NCBI GenBank assembly: GCA_030390025.1
Contig: CM059432.1
Location: 5,022,001-5,086,000 of the forward strand
DNA: 64,000 nucleotides
Direction: 5' to 3'
From: Squalus acanthias
Lineage: Eukaryota
The notes beneath the pieces were generated by a model that was not told the DNA's origin, did no database searches, and saw nothing but the letters and a program-made list of their open reading frames with translations. Shown in pieces: positions 38,515 through 49,216 of this stretch; positions within the stretch are counted from its first letter, which is position 1, and every line of letters starts with the position of its first letter. Made by a program: the position numbers and the translations under genes.

Positions 38515-39050
38515 GATCAACTGCACACAGTTCTGGTCACCACATTACAGGAAAGATGTGACTGCACTAGAGGGTACAGAGGAGATTTACAAGGATGTTG
38601 CAAGGATTGGAGAATTATAGCTATAAGGAAAGATTGGATAGGCTGCAGTCATTTTCTTTGGAACGGAGGAGGCTGAGGGGAGACTTGATTGAGGTGTATA
38701 AAATTATGAGGGGCCTAGATAGAGTGGACAGGAAGGACCTCTAACCCTTAGCATAGGTCAATAACCAGGGGACACAGATTTAAAGTAATTGGTAGAAGGA
38801 TTAGAGGGGAGTTGAGATCTTTTTTCACCCAGAGGGTGATGGGGGTCTGGAACTCACTGCCTGAATGGGTGGTAAAGGCAGAAACCCCAATTGCATTTAA
38901 AAAGTACTTGCATATGCACTTGAAGTGCTGTAACCTGCAGGGCTACGGACCAAGAGCTGGAAAGTGGGATTAATTGGATAGCTCTTTTTCGGCCGGCACA
39001 AACACAATGGGCCGAATGGCCTCTTTGTGCTGTAAACTTCTATGATTCTA
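38515..39050 (+). mobile_element. CR1 3' end
   Basis: Closely similar to 41990..42530. Confidence 0.84.
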
Positions 39051-39659
39051 TCAAGGAAATCAGAAGCTACTGACAATAACCTGCAGCAAAGTACTATATG
39101 CATTGGAACTCCCAAGAACAAACTTTACTAGCTCCTGCACTTGTTACAACATATTGAATTTTTCTCATCTTCGAAATTGCACTTGTCAAATATTATGTTT
39201 TTTTCATAATTGATGTCATTGCAGGTTAGAATGAAAGTGACGATTCTGTGCCAATCTTTGCTAAACGACAGCTTTTATTACTTTTCCGTAACATCCCGCT
39301 GGGCCATGCACAAGAAATAAATGTTCATGTCCACTGGATAGTTCTGAATTATTACGACAGGGATAAACTACAGTACACTGAAGGCTAGTTCCACAGACAG
39401 TATCAAATTGTTGCCGAGTCAGAGATTGGAAAGGCACCGCACAAATTAGCTCTGCTTTAACCTTTAAAATCCCACTTTTCTATTACTCCCAATGCGGAAA
39501 GTAAAACAAATGTTCAAATTTATTGTTTCTTAATTTACCAGCTGGACAACACGTAAAAGTACTGTACAAAAAAGTAAAAATAAAATAATTACATAGTACC
39601 CTCCATATCAGAGTATTTGAGCACTCCACAAATTTACTCTTTTTTTGAAGTATAGTGAC

Positions 39660-39796
39660 CAATGTTCCCGTTAAGCGGCTGCGCAGCTGTCTGGAGGTCC
39701 CGCGCAGGCCGCCTGCTGGCTTTACAATGGGGAAAAACCCCGCTTGCACAGCCCCTTAAAGGGGCCGTGCACCCAAAAAAATGAGGGGGAACACTG
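39660..39796. mobile_element. hAT-like MITE
   Basis: CAATGTTCCC...GGGAACACTG; flanks atagtgac/gcagtgac. Confidence 0.75.
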
Positions 39797-40089
39797 GCAG
39801 TGACTTATTGGGTAAACACCTGATCTACATCAGATCATTTCTTTACGGTGTCAGCACACTCGTTTCAGTTCCACAAGCTAACAAATCTGGACCTTTGCAT
39901 TCAACTTTCGATTGAGTAAACTAAACAAAATCACAAGATGAGTTAAGAGATTTGATCTCATCTCTCTGAACACCAACCCTACACTCTTCCCATCTTGCCT
40001 TCTCTTAAATGAGTTCAACGCCCCGGCCTCAATCACACTTCCTGCAACCTGTTCCAGCTACTGCTTATATTCTGTGTAAAAAGACAGAC

Positions 40090-40628
40090 AGACTTGCATT
40101 TCTATAGCGCCTTTCACAACCTCAGGACGTCCCAAAGTGCTTTACAGCCAATGAAGTAAGTTTGAAGTGTCGTCACTTGTAATGTAGGAAACGCGGCAGC
40201 CAATTTGCGCACAGCAAGCTTCCCACAAACAGCAATGTGATAATGACCTGATAATCTGTTTTAGTGATGTTGGTTGAGGGATAAATATTGGCTAGAACAC
40301 CGGGGATAACTCCCCTGCTCTTCGAAATAGTAGCCATAGGATCTTTTACGTCCACCTGAGAGCAGAGGGGGGCCTCGGTTTAACGTCTCATCCGAAAGAT
40401 GGCACCTTCCACATTACAACAGTGACTACATTCCAAAAGTACTTCACTGGCTATAAAGCGTTTTGAGACGTCCGGTAGTCGTGAAAGGCACTATATAAAT
40501 GTAAGTCTGTCTTTCTTTCTCCGATAGTGCAGCGCTCCCTCAGTACTGCGCTGGAGTGTCAGCCTAGATTTTTGTGCTCAAGTCTCTGGAGTGGGACTTG
40601 AACCCACAACCTTCTGACTCAGAGGCGA
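40090..40628 (-). mobile_element. Deu-domain SINE containing an oppositely oriented SINE tail (about 40408..40519)
   Basis: Host motif ggcacc|tccgatagtg interrupted by a plus-strand tail. Confidence 0.82.
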
Positions 40629-41054
40629 GAGTGCTACCAACTGAGCCAATGTAAGAAATACTTCCTGTCCCAAGTCTTATACTTTCATATCCCTGAACCA
40701 GCATTCCTTTATCCTGCCTCCTTAGAAAGTATTGTTCCAGGTTTACCTTCTCTAACCTGTTAGGTATCTTGTATACTACTGTTGCATTCCCTCCAATCTG
40801 TTTAAAGGCTGAAGAGGCCCAAGTCATCCAGTCATTTCTTATTTTAATTTTTTGAAAATTGTTCAAACAAATATCAGAAAGAACAGTAAAGTCCATTAGT
40901 AAAAGAACTGTTAAGTGATGTGGGTATCCGAGAGTAGAGGATTGCCAACTTGTAGGTGATGACTAAAAAATGGCCGAGTACTCTGCACTGGTCTTCACTA
41001 AAGTGAAGGAAATCGCAGAGGAGGTGAAGCCTAAAGTGAGTTAGCTTACATAGG

Positions 41055-41718
41055 ATAAGAACATAAGAAATAGGAGCAGGAATAGGCCACTTGGCCCCTC
41101 GAGCCTGCACCGCCATTCAATAAGATCATGGCTGATCTTGGGCTCAAAGTCACTTCCCTGCCTGCTCCCCATAATCCTTCACTCCCTTATCTTGCAAAAA
41201 TTTGTCTATCTCCACTTTAAATGTATTTAATGACCCAGCCTCCACAGCTCTCTGGGGCAGAGAATTCCACAGATTTACGACCCTCTGAGAAGAAGTTCCT
41301 CCTCATCTCAGTTCTAAAAGGGCGACCCTTTATTCTGAGACTGTGCCCCCGAGTTCTAGATTTCCCCATGAGGGGAAACATCCTCTCTGCATCTACCCTG
41401 TCGAGCCCCCTCAGTATCGATATATGTTTCAATAAGGTCACCTCTCATTCTTCTAAATTCCAATGAGTATAGGCCCAGCCTGCTCAACCTTTCCTCAGAA
41501 GTCAAACCCCTCATCTCTGGAATTAACCGTGTGACTCGTCTCTGAACTGCCTCCAATGAAAGTATATCCTTCCTTAAAAGGAGACCAAAACTGCACGCAG
41601 TACTCAAGGTGTGGTCTCACCAATACCCTGTAAGTTGTAGCAGGACTTCCCTGCTTTTATACTCCAACCCCCTTGAAATAAAGGCCAACATTCCATTTGC
41701 CTTTTTGATTACTTGCTG
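41055..41718 (-). mobile_element. CR1 3' end
   Basis: LEAVQRRVTRLIPEM; close to 17069..17732. Confidence 0.86.
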
Positions 41719-41823
41719 ATACAGCACAGAAACAGGCCATTCGTCCCAATCAGTCCATGCCGGCGTTTATGTTCTATTCGAGCCTCCTCCCGCCTTTCCT
41801 CATCTAACTATCAGTATAACCCT

Positions 41824-42530
41824 TGGAGTGCATGTCCACAAATCCCTGAAGGTAGCAGGACAGGTAGATAAGGTGGTTAAGAAGGCATACAGGATACTTT
41901 CCTTTATTAGTCGAGGCATAGAATATAAGAGTTGGGAGGTTATGCTTGAACTGTATAAAACACTAGTTAGGCCACAGCTAGAGTACTGCGTGCAGCTCTG
42001 GTCACCACATTACAGGAAGGATGTGATTGCACGAGAGAGAGAGAGTACAGAGGAGATTTACAAGGATGTTGGCAGGACTGGAGAATTTTAGCTATGAGGA
42101 AAGATCAGATAGGCTGGGGTTGTTTTCTTTGGAACAGAGGAGGCTGAGGGGAGACTTGATTGAGGTGTATAAAATTATGAGGGGCCTAGATAGAGTGGAT
42201 AGGAAGGACCTATTTCCCTTAGCAGAGAGGTCAATAACCAGGGGGCATAGATTTAAAGTAATTGGTAGAAGAATTAGAGAGGAGTTGAGGAGAACTTTGT
42301 TCACCCAGAGGGTGGTGGGGGTCTGGAACACACTGCCTGAAAGGGTGGTAGAGGCAGAAACCCTCATCGCATTTAAAAAGTACTTGGATATGCACTTGAA
42401 GTGCTGCAACCGACAAGGCTACGGACCAAGAGCTGGAAAAAGGGATTTGGCTGGATAGCTCTTTCCCGGCCTGCACCGACACGATGGCCAAATGGCCTCT
42501 TTCAGTGCCGTAAATTTCTATGATTCTATA
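41824..42530 (+). mobile_element. CR1 3' end
   Basis: LYKTLVRPQLEYCVQLWSP. Confidence 0.88.
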
Positions 42531-44617
42531 AACCTCACAGAATTCTTTGAGGTAACGGATGGGGGAAATGCAGGGACTGTGCATGCATATTAGGAAAGCC
42601 TCTGACGAGGTGGCAGCTTACTGGAGAAGATTGAAGTGGATGAAATTAGTGGGAGGATAGCAAAGTGGGTTAAAAATTGGTCAGAAGGGAGAAAACAGAA
42701 AGGAGGAGTTAAGGGCAGTTTCTCAGTAGTTGGAACTGGGTAGTGATGTCCCTCAGGGTTCAGTTCTGGGCCACTTCTGCTCACCGTGTTTATCAATGAT
42801 TAGGAGATCGACCAGAGGGAGTGGTGTAATGACATTAAAATAGGAGATACAGTTAATTCTTCAGAAGACCGAAGGAAGCTGCAGAGAGGTATTGACAAAA
42901 TGGGGGGTATGGGCTAAAAATGGCAGATGGAATTCAGTATCAGCAAGTGTGATGTGATGCATTTTGGTAAAAACAAACAGCAGCAGTAATTATACTCTGA
43001 ACGGAAGTAGGCTTGGTGCTGTGGAAGAGCAGAGGGACTTCGGGGTACCGGTTCCACATCATCGCTGAGTCAATATCCTGGATATCCCTACCTTGCACCA
43101 TTGTGAGAGCGCCATCATAAGGACTGCAGAAATTCAAGGAAAAGGCCCACACCCAGCTTCTCAGGGCAACTGGGGATGGGCAATAAATATGATCTTGCCA
43201 GCATCGCCCATACCCCAAGAACAAATACAAATTTTAAAAAACCTAGTCCAGGTGCATTATTTGATGTGGCTCTTTCCGCCCCCACCCCATCAATCTGGAT
43301 CTCCCCCGCTCTTGAGGTCTACTCCTTCTGAAGTTATATTGAATGCCATTTGTTTGGTTAATTTCATACAGGTGCTCTTCTATCTTGTCTCTGATTATTG
43401 ATTTAATTAGTTTTCCAATTATTGAGGTCAGGCTGAAGGGTCTGCAGTTGCCAGGTTAAGACTCCGCTGTCTTTCTTGAATATGGGAAGTACATTTGCCA
43501 GTTTCCAGTTTGTCAGATGCTCCCAGAGCTCACTGACTCCCTCAAACTGACCGAGTGCTTCGCAAACATCCTCCAGGGCTCTCTGAGCACCCACTAGTAT
43601 TGTTCATCCACCCCGAGGAGACTTGATGATTTTCAACCTCTTGAATCTATTTTGGAGCTTCTACTTCACTAAATATGTCAAGTGCACCCATGGGCATGAG
43701 ACGTTGGATTGTATATTAGCGTCGTTCCTGGTAAAATCACCAAAGACGCAGTCATTTAGCATATTAATTATCTCCTGTTCATATCTTCATGTTCTACTGC
43801 ACAAGGTATTGCAATTGTGGGGGACTGGCTTGATGGACCAGGGGGTCTTTACCTGTCCGACAATGTTTGTATGTTCATATGGATCCCTTTAGGTGTTCAT
43901 TTCCTCTGACAACCCTCGGGGTATGTTACAGTATTGGGTGACATTTTGTCACTTTCCAGTTTTCTCTTGGCAACCGTTATCTCTTTTTTGACCTTCTGTA
44001 TTAACCTGTCGACAGCCCAGTGGTTGCAACAGCAAGGCACCTAAACTTGAACTACCATTAAACTACTTTTTACATAAAATACTTCAACCACAATTTTTTT
44101 AAAAAACCCCCAGAAACTAGCTAACCTCAAAACTACTGCAGCACTCCCAGAACTATAACTGTGAAGCGCGTTGGGGCGTCCCGAGGTCGTGAAAGACGCT
44201 ATATAAATGCAAGGCTTTCTTTCTTTTTTATAATCGTGAATAAGTTCAGACTTAACTCCCACTATGTTCAAAAAAAGTCTCAGACAGACTTCTCCCAGAT
44301 GGGGCCATCGCAGCATTTCACAATACACAGAGCCCAAAACTAATCAAAATGAGAACTACTGCAATTTTACTGGGCTTGTATGAATAAAGGAATAAAAACT
44401 TCCAATGTATAAATCAAAATTAACTTCAGTGGTCAAAATTGAGATTCTGGAGTTTTTCCATTTTCCTTCACTCACTTTGCCACCGTGTGGCAGGTCACCG
44501 AGAACTCCGTTCACAAAGCAGCAAATTTTGTTCCAGACACCAGTCTCATTTGTCAATTAAAGCTTGGCTTTGAAAAGTGGGCCCCAGAACGTGCTCTGCA
44601 ACCAGACTACCAGTGAT

Positions 44618-44748
44618 CAATGCTACGTGTAATTTTTTTTGGGGGGCCGTGCGGCGCATGTGCAGTTTTTTTCAATTTAAAAGCCGGCTCACCGGCTGCG
44701 CGGGAGCCCTGGAGCGACGTGCAGCCGCGCAGCTTAAAGGGAACATTG
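44618..44748. mobile_element. hAT-like MITE (opposite orientation)
   Basis: CAATG...AGGGAACATTG; flanks ccagtgat/ccaatgct. Confidence 0.68.
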
Positions 44749-45175
44749 CCAATGCTGCGACCTATTTGGACACATTTCCAAATTCCTTAAAACTAAAGGA
44801 AAAATAATAATCAGTTAGGATCTGGAATGCACTGCCTGCAAGGGTGGTGGAGGCAGATTCGATCGTGGCTTTCAAAAGGGAATTGGATAAGTACCTGAAG
44901 GGAAAAAATTTGCAGGGCTACGGGGAAAGGGCGGGGGAGTGGGACTAGCTGAAGTGCTCTTGCAGAGAGCCGGCACGGGCTCAACGGGCCGCCTTCTGTG
45001 CCGTAACCATGCTATGATTCTAACTATTAAAAGTGTGCGTATCCGTGCTTCAAATTCATATATTTTTTTTTTTAAACAATTTGAATATTTCAATGCAATT
45101 TCGTACAATAGATTTTATTCCCTATTCTAGTTGCATAATATAAGTCTAAGTACAAGAAAATGTGGTAGAATAATC

Positions 45176-45505
45176 GGGCAACACGGTGGCATAGTGGTTA
45201 GCACTGGTGCCTCACAGCGCCAGGGACCCGGGTTCGAATCTGGCCTCGGGTGACTGTCTGTGTGGAGTTTGCACATTCACCCCGTGTCTGCGTGGGTTTC
45301 CTCCGGGTGCTCCGGTTTCCTCCCACAGTCCAAAAATGTGCGGGTTAGGTTGATTTGGCTATGATAAATTGACCCTTAGTGTTAGGGGGGGGATTAAATA
45401 TGTGGGGTTACGGGGATAGGATGGGATATGTTAGGGGGAATTAAATACGTGGGGTTACGGGGATAGGGTGGGATATGTGTTGGTGCAGGCTCGATGGGGA
45501 TTCTG
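45176..45505 (+). mobile_element. HE1-like V-SINE
   Basis: Box A tggcatagtgg, box B ggttcgaatc, V-domain gtggagtttgcac...gggtgctccggtttcctcccacagtcc. Confidence 0.85.
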
Positions 45506-45685
45506 TGTGAGAAAGCAGGGACAGGGTACTGCATTTGGATGATCAGCCATGATCGTATTGAATGGTGGAGCAGGCTCGACGGGCCGAATGGCTCCTAGTT
45601 TCTATGTTTCTATAATGTTCTGCTTCTGAAGCTAACAATATCAGCGATGGGATTTAAAATTATTCACGCCTTGATGGATCTTTAC

Positions 45686-45840
45686 CTCTAACAAGGGCAT
45701 TGTCTCGGTGATGATGGGATCGAGCCGTCGATCTGATCCATACTTGACAGAAGTTTTCTCCTCTTTAGTGTTATTGAGTCTAGGCCCCTGGATCTCCAAG
45801 TCCTGCCGTCCTCTTACCGATAACCCATGAGGTACTTTAC
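45686..45840 (-). CDS. TRAPPC8: TRAPPC8 exon (GKVPHGLSVRGRQDLEIQGPRLNNTKEEK...MPLLE)
   Basis: gtttcag| acceptor, GAG|gtaaag donor, 155 nt, phase 1 to 0. Confidence 0.95.
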
Positions 45841-46085
45841 CTGAAACAAAGTTGTTTTAAGGGGGGAAAATGAGTATGGAGGTTCAGGGAAAACAATGGC
45901 ACTGATCAGCTACAATTTAGTGGTTGACTCGTTTCAACACCCTTAAATATACAAAAACATTTTCTTTACATGCAAATAATCATCGAATCATACAGCACAG
46001 GAGGCCGCCATTTGGCCCACCGTGCCGGCTCTTTGAAAGAGCTGTCTAATTAGTCCCACACCCTTGCTCTTTCCCCATAGCCCTA

Positions 46086-46575
46086 CAAATTTTTCCTTTT
46101 CAAGTAGCCGTGGCTCAGTGGGTAGCACCCTCGCCAGAGTCAGAAGGTTGTGGGTTCAAGTCCCACTCGAGACTCGAGCACAAAAATCTAGGCTGACACT
46201 CCAGTGCAGTACAGTGCGGAAGGAGTGCTGCACTGTCGGAGGTGCCGTCTTTCAGATGAGACGTTAAACAGAGGACCCGTCTGCCCCCTCAGGTGGACGT
46301 AAAAGATCCCAGGGCCGCTATTTCGAAGAGCAGGGGAGTTCTCCCCGGTGTCCTGGCCAATATTTATCCCTCAGTCAACATCACTAAAACAGATGATCTG
46401 GTCTTTATCACATTGCTGTTTGTGGGAGCTTGCTGTGCGCAAATTGGCTGCCACGTTTCCTACATTACAGCAGTGACTTGAACCCACAACCTTCAGAAAG
46501 TATTTCATTGGCTGTAAAGCGCTTTGGGATGTCTGGTAGTCGTGAAAGGCGCTATAGAAATGCAAGACTTTCTTT
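46086..46575 (+). mobile_element. Deu-domain SINE, full length
   Basis: gccgtggctcagtgg head, ggaggtgccgtctttcagatgagacg core, gtgaaaggcgctatagaaatgcaag tail. Confidence 0.86.
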
Positions 46576-46914
46576 TTCCTTTCATGTCCAAGAGCAGAGG
46601 AGTGGGACTAATTGGAGAGCTCTTTCAAAGAGTCGGCACAGGCACGATGGGCCGAATGGCCTCCTTCTGCGCTGTATGATTCTATGAAAGGTTCTGAAAC
46701 AAGTTGGTTGAAGAATCAAACTAAATATTCGATGCTAAGATGCCACATTATTTAAAAGACAGTATTTATGGATGCATTGCAGGTCAGGTCAGGAAGGCTA
46801 AAAAAAAGCATAACTAGTTAGTCATCACCTGCTCAGCAATTTGGATCCACAATTGATAATTTGCTCAATTTCTGCAATCATCTTGAATCTGAAATAAACT
46901 ATAGTGTATTCTTC

Positions 46915-47405
46915 AGTGTGCCGGTGGTGGAGGGAGTGAATGTTTAAGGTGGTGGATGGGGTGCCAATCAAGCGGGCTGCGTTGTCCTGGATGGTGTCGA
47001 GCTTCTTGAGTGTTGTTGGAGCTGCACTTATCCAGGCAAGTGGAGAGTATTCCATCACACTCCTGACTTGTGCCTTGTAGATGGTGGAAAGGCTTTGGGG
47101 ACTCAGGAGGTGAGACACTCACTGCAGAATACCTAGCCTCTGACCTGTTCTTGTTGCCACAGTATTTATGTGGCTGGTCCAGTTAAGTTTCTGATCAATG
47201 GTGACCCCCCCCCAGGATGTTGATGGTGGGGGATTCGGCGATGGTAATGCAGTCGAATGTCAAGGGGCGGTGGTTAGACTCTCGCTTGTTGGGGATAAGC
47301 TGTTCAGTTGGCGAAGGAGAAAAGGCGAGGAGTGCACGGGGTTGGTGGTTAGACTTTCTCTTGTTGGAGATGGTCATTGCCTGGCACTTGTGTGGCACGA
47401 ATGTT
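46915..47405 (-). mobile_element. Internal fragment of the single-ORF LINE
   Basis: IYKAQVRSVMEYSPLAW. Confidence 0.85.
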
Positions 47406-47506
47406 GGAGAGTGACGAGTGGAAAAGACCATGCACCACCAATATAAACCACTTTCAGCCCAGCACATCCCCCCTGCAACCCCCCCCCCCATCCGCTCCCA
47501 ACTGAC

Positions 47507-47638
47507 CTTCTGTCCAGCTTAGCCCATGGAAGTACTCCAGTTGATCTGTGGAGCTGGCCTGATGGTGGAGACTGTGAGGAGTCTGCGGTTTGCTTCCAGA
47601 TTTTCCTGAGTAGAGGTTGCTGACATTGAGGCAACTGG
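47507..47638 (-). CDS. TRAPPC8: Candidate alternative cassette exon of TRAPPC8 (44 codons)
   Basis: T/C-rich tract + tcgcag| acceptor, AAG|gtcagt donor, 132 nt, symmetric phase 1, no stop in the TRAPPC8 frame; no homology evidence. Confidence 0.5.
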
Positions 47639-47721
47639 CTGCGAGAACAGGTTTAATAGGCGGGGGAAAAAAAAAATTACAAAAAAATTAACATAATCTT
47701 TACAAATACAAAATAAAGAGA

Positions 47722-47912
47722 AAAGGCTGTAAATACTCAGGTCAGGCAGCATCTATGGAATAAGAAACAGAGTTAATGTTTCAGATCGAAGAACTTCATC
47801 GACCTGAAACGTTAACGTTGTTTCTCTCTACAGGCGCTGCCTGACCTGCTGAGTATTTCCAGCATTGTCTGTTTTTACCTGAGATTTCCAGCATTGGCAG
47901 TACTTTGCTTTA
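47722..47912. mobile_element. Penelope terminal-repeat fold-back
   Basis: Same arms as 4089..4318. Confidence 0.75.
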
Positions 47913-48198
47913 CAAATACAATGTGCTTTCAAAACAAATGACTTTTTTGCTTATCCATAATGTAGTTTTTATTTTGATTATTCCCTCATCAGACGGCTAT
48001 CTTCTACATTTAACGCTACCATGCTAAGCAACTCTCCAAAATAACCACAATTAAGGAAAATAAATTTAGGAGGGGGGAGTTTGAAAGAGCTTGATTGCAT
48101 GACATATAAGCATATTGTGCATTAATATTTGGTTCTTTAAAATGCAAATTGAAGTGCACAACCAAAAATGTGCAGTTCCAAAAGACCGATGTTCTCAC

Positions 48199-48328
48199 CT
48201 GCTACCGGCATTCCAGGACTAGAGTCTATTCCATCTTGCGTAGGAGCTGATTGTACAGTGCTAAGGTTATATACAACTCCAAGAATGTGCAGCTCTCCTG
48301 TCTGATGAGGGAGCAGTTTTAATCGTGC
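48199..48328 (-). CDS. TRAPPC8: TRAPPC8 exon (ARLKLLPHQTGELHILGVVYNL...PGMPVA)
   Basis: ctttag| acceptor, G|gtgaga donor, 130 nt, phase 0 to 1. Confidence 0.94.
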
Positions 48329-48713
48329 CTAAAGAAATAAAGGCATAAGTTACTTCCAAAAATATTCTTTATCTATAGTGTGATGGCACATAGTACAAAC
48401 ATTTTCAATGGTTCCCTTAAAGTACAAACAAAATGCTTCCAAGGTTAATGAATGCTTTAAGCAATATTTAAAAACATGCAAGGTATTTGTAAAGTCCAAT
48501 TTTTCCTGCAGTTCTGTTTCCAGCTCTTGCCATCACCAGGACCATTGGTTTACAATGACTGAATGAGCCAAGATTAAATTTTTTTTTTTTTAAACCAGTG
48601 TTTTAAGGAGTCACATTTTTTGTGTTGCTGATACTGTAATGTTGTACAACAGCAATGGTCAAAAGTGAGAAGTCGCACAACACCAGGTTATAGTCCAACA
48701 GCTTTATTTGAAA

Positions 48714-48750
48714 TTACAAGCTTTCGGAGCGCTGCTCCTTCGTCAGGTGA
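48714..48750 (-). ncRNA. Minimal type I hammerhead ribozyme motif (Penelope-type terminal repeat 48660..48750)
   Basis: UCAC CUGACGA A GGAGC AGC GCUCC GAAA GC UU GUAA: intact core, 5-bp stem II, palindromic AAGCUU. Confidence 0.65.
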
Positions 48751-49216
48751 TCATAACAGCAATGGTGACATTCTCACCCAGAGTCAGAAGGTTGTGGGTT
48801 CAAGACCCACCCACGAGCCTTGAGCGGAGGGAGTGCTACATTGCGAGGAACCATCTTTCGAATAAGACATTAAACCAAGGCCGTATCTGACTGTTCAGCT
48901 GGATGTAAAAGGTCCTGTGGCACTTTTCCCCTCCCACCAACAGCGGGGAATTTTCCAGTGTCTGAGCCAAAATTCATCCCACAATCACCAAAGACAGATT
49001 AACCGGGCATTCATCACACTGCTGTTTGTGGGACATGGCTGTGTGCAAACTGGCTGCCATGTTTCCCAACAGAACAATAGTGACGAGACTACGAAAAAAA
49101 GTAACTAATTCGTTCTCAAGTACAACAAAGGCACTTGTACCTTAAGGGAGTGCCAGTAAGAGTAGACACGCAATTATCCTATGCCAATTTGCACGTGGCT
49201 CAGGTAGTAATCCATA

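Noticed and set aside
45176..45250. tRNA gene
   Set aside because: A/B boxes run into a SINE body with no T-run terminator; SINE head, as in the other SINE copies.
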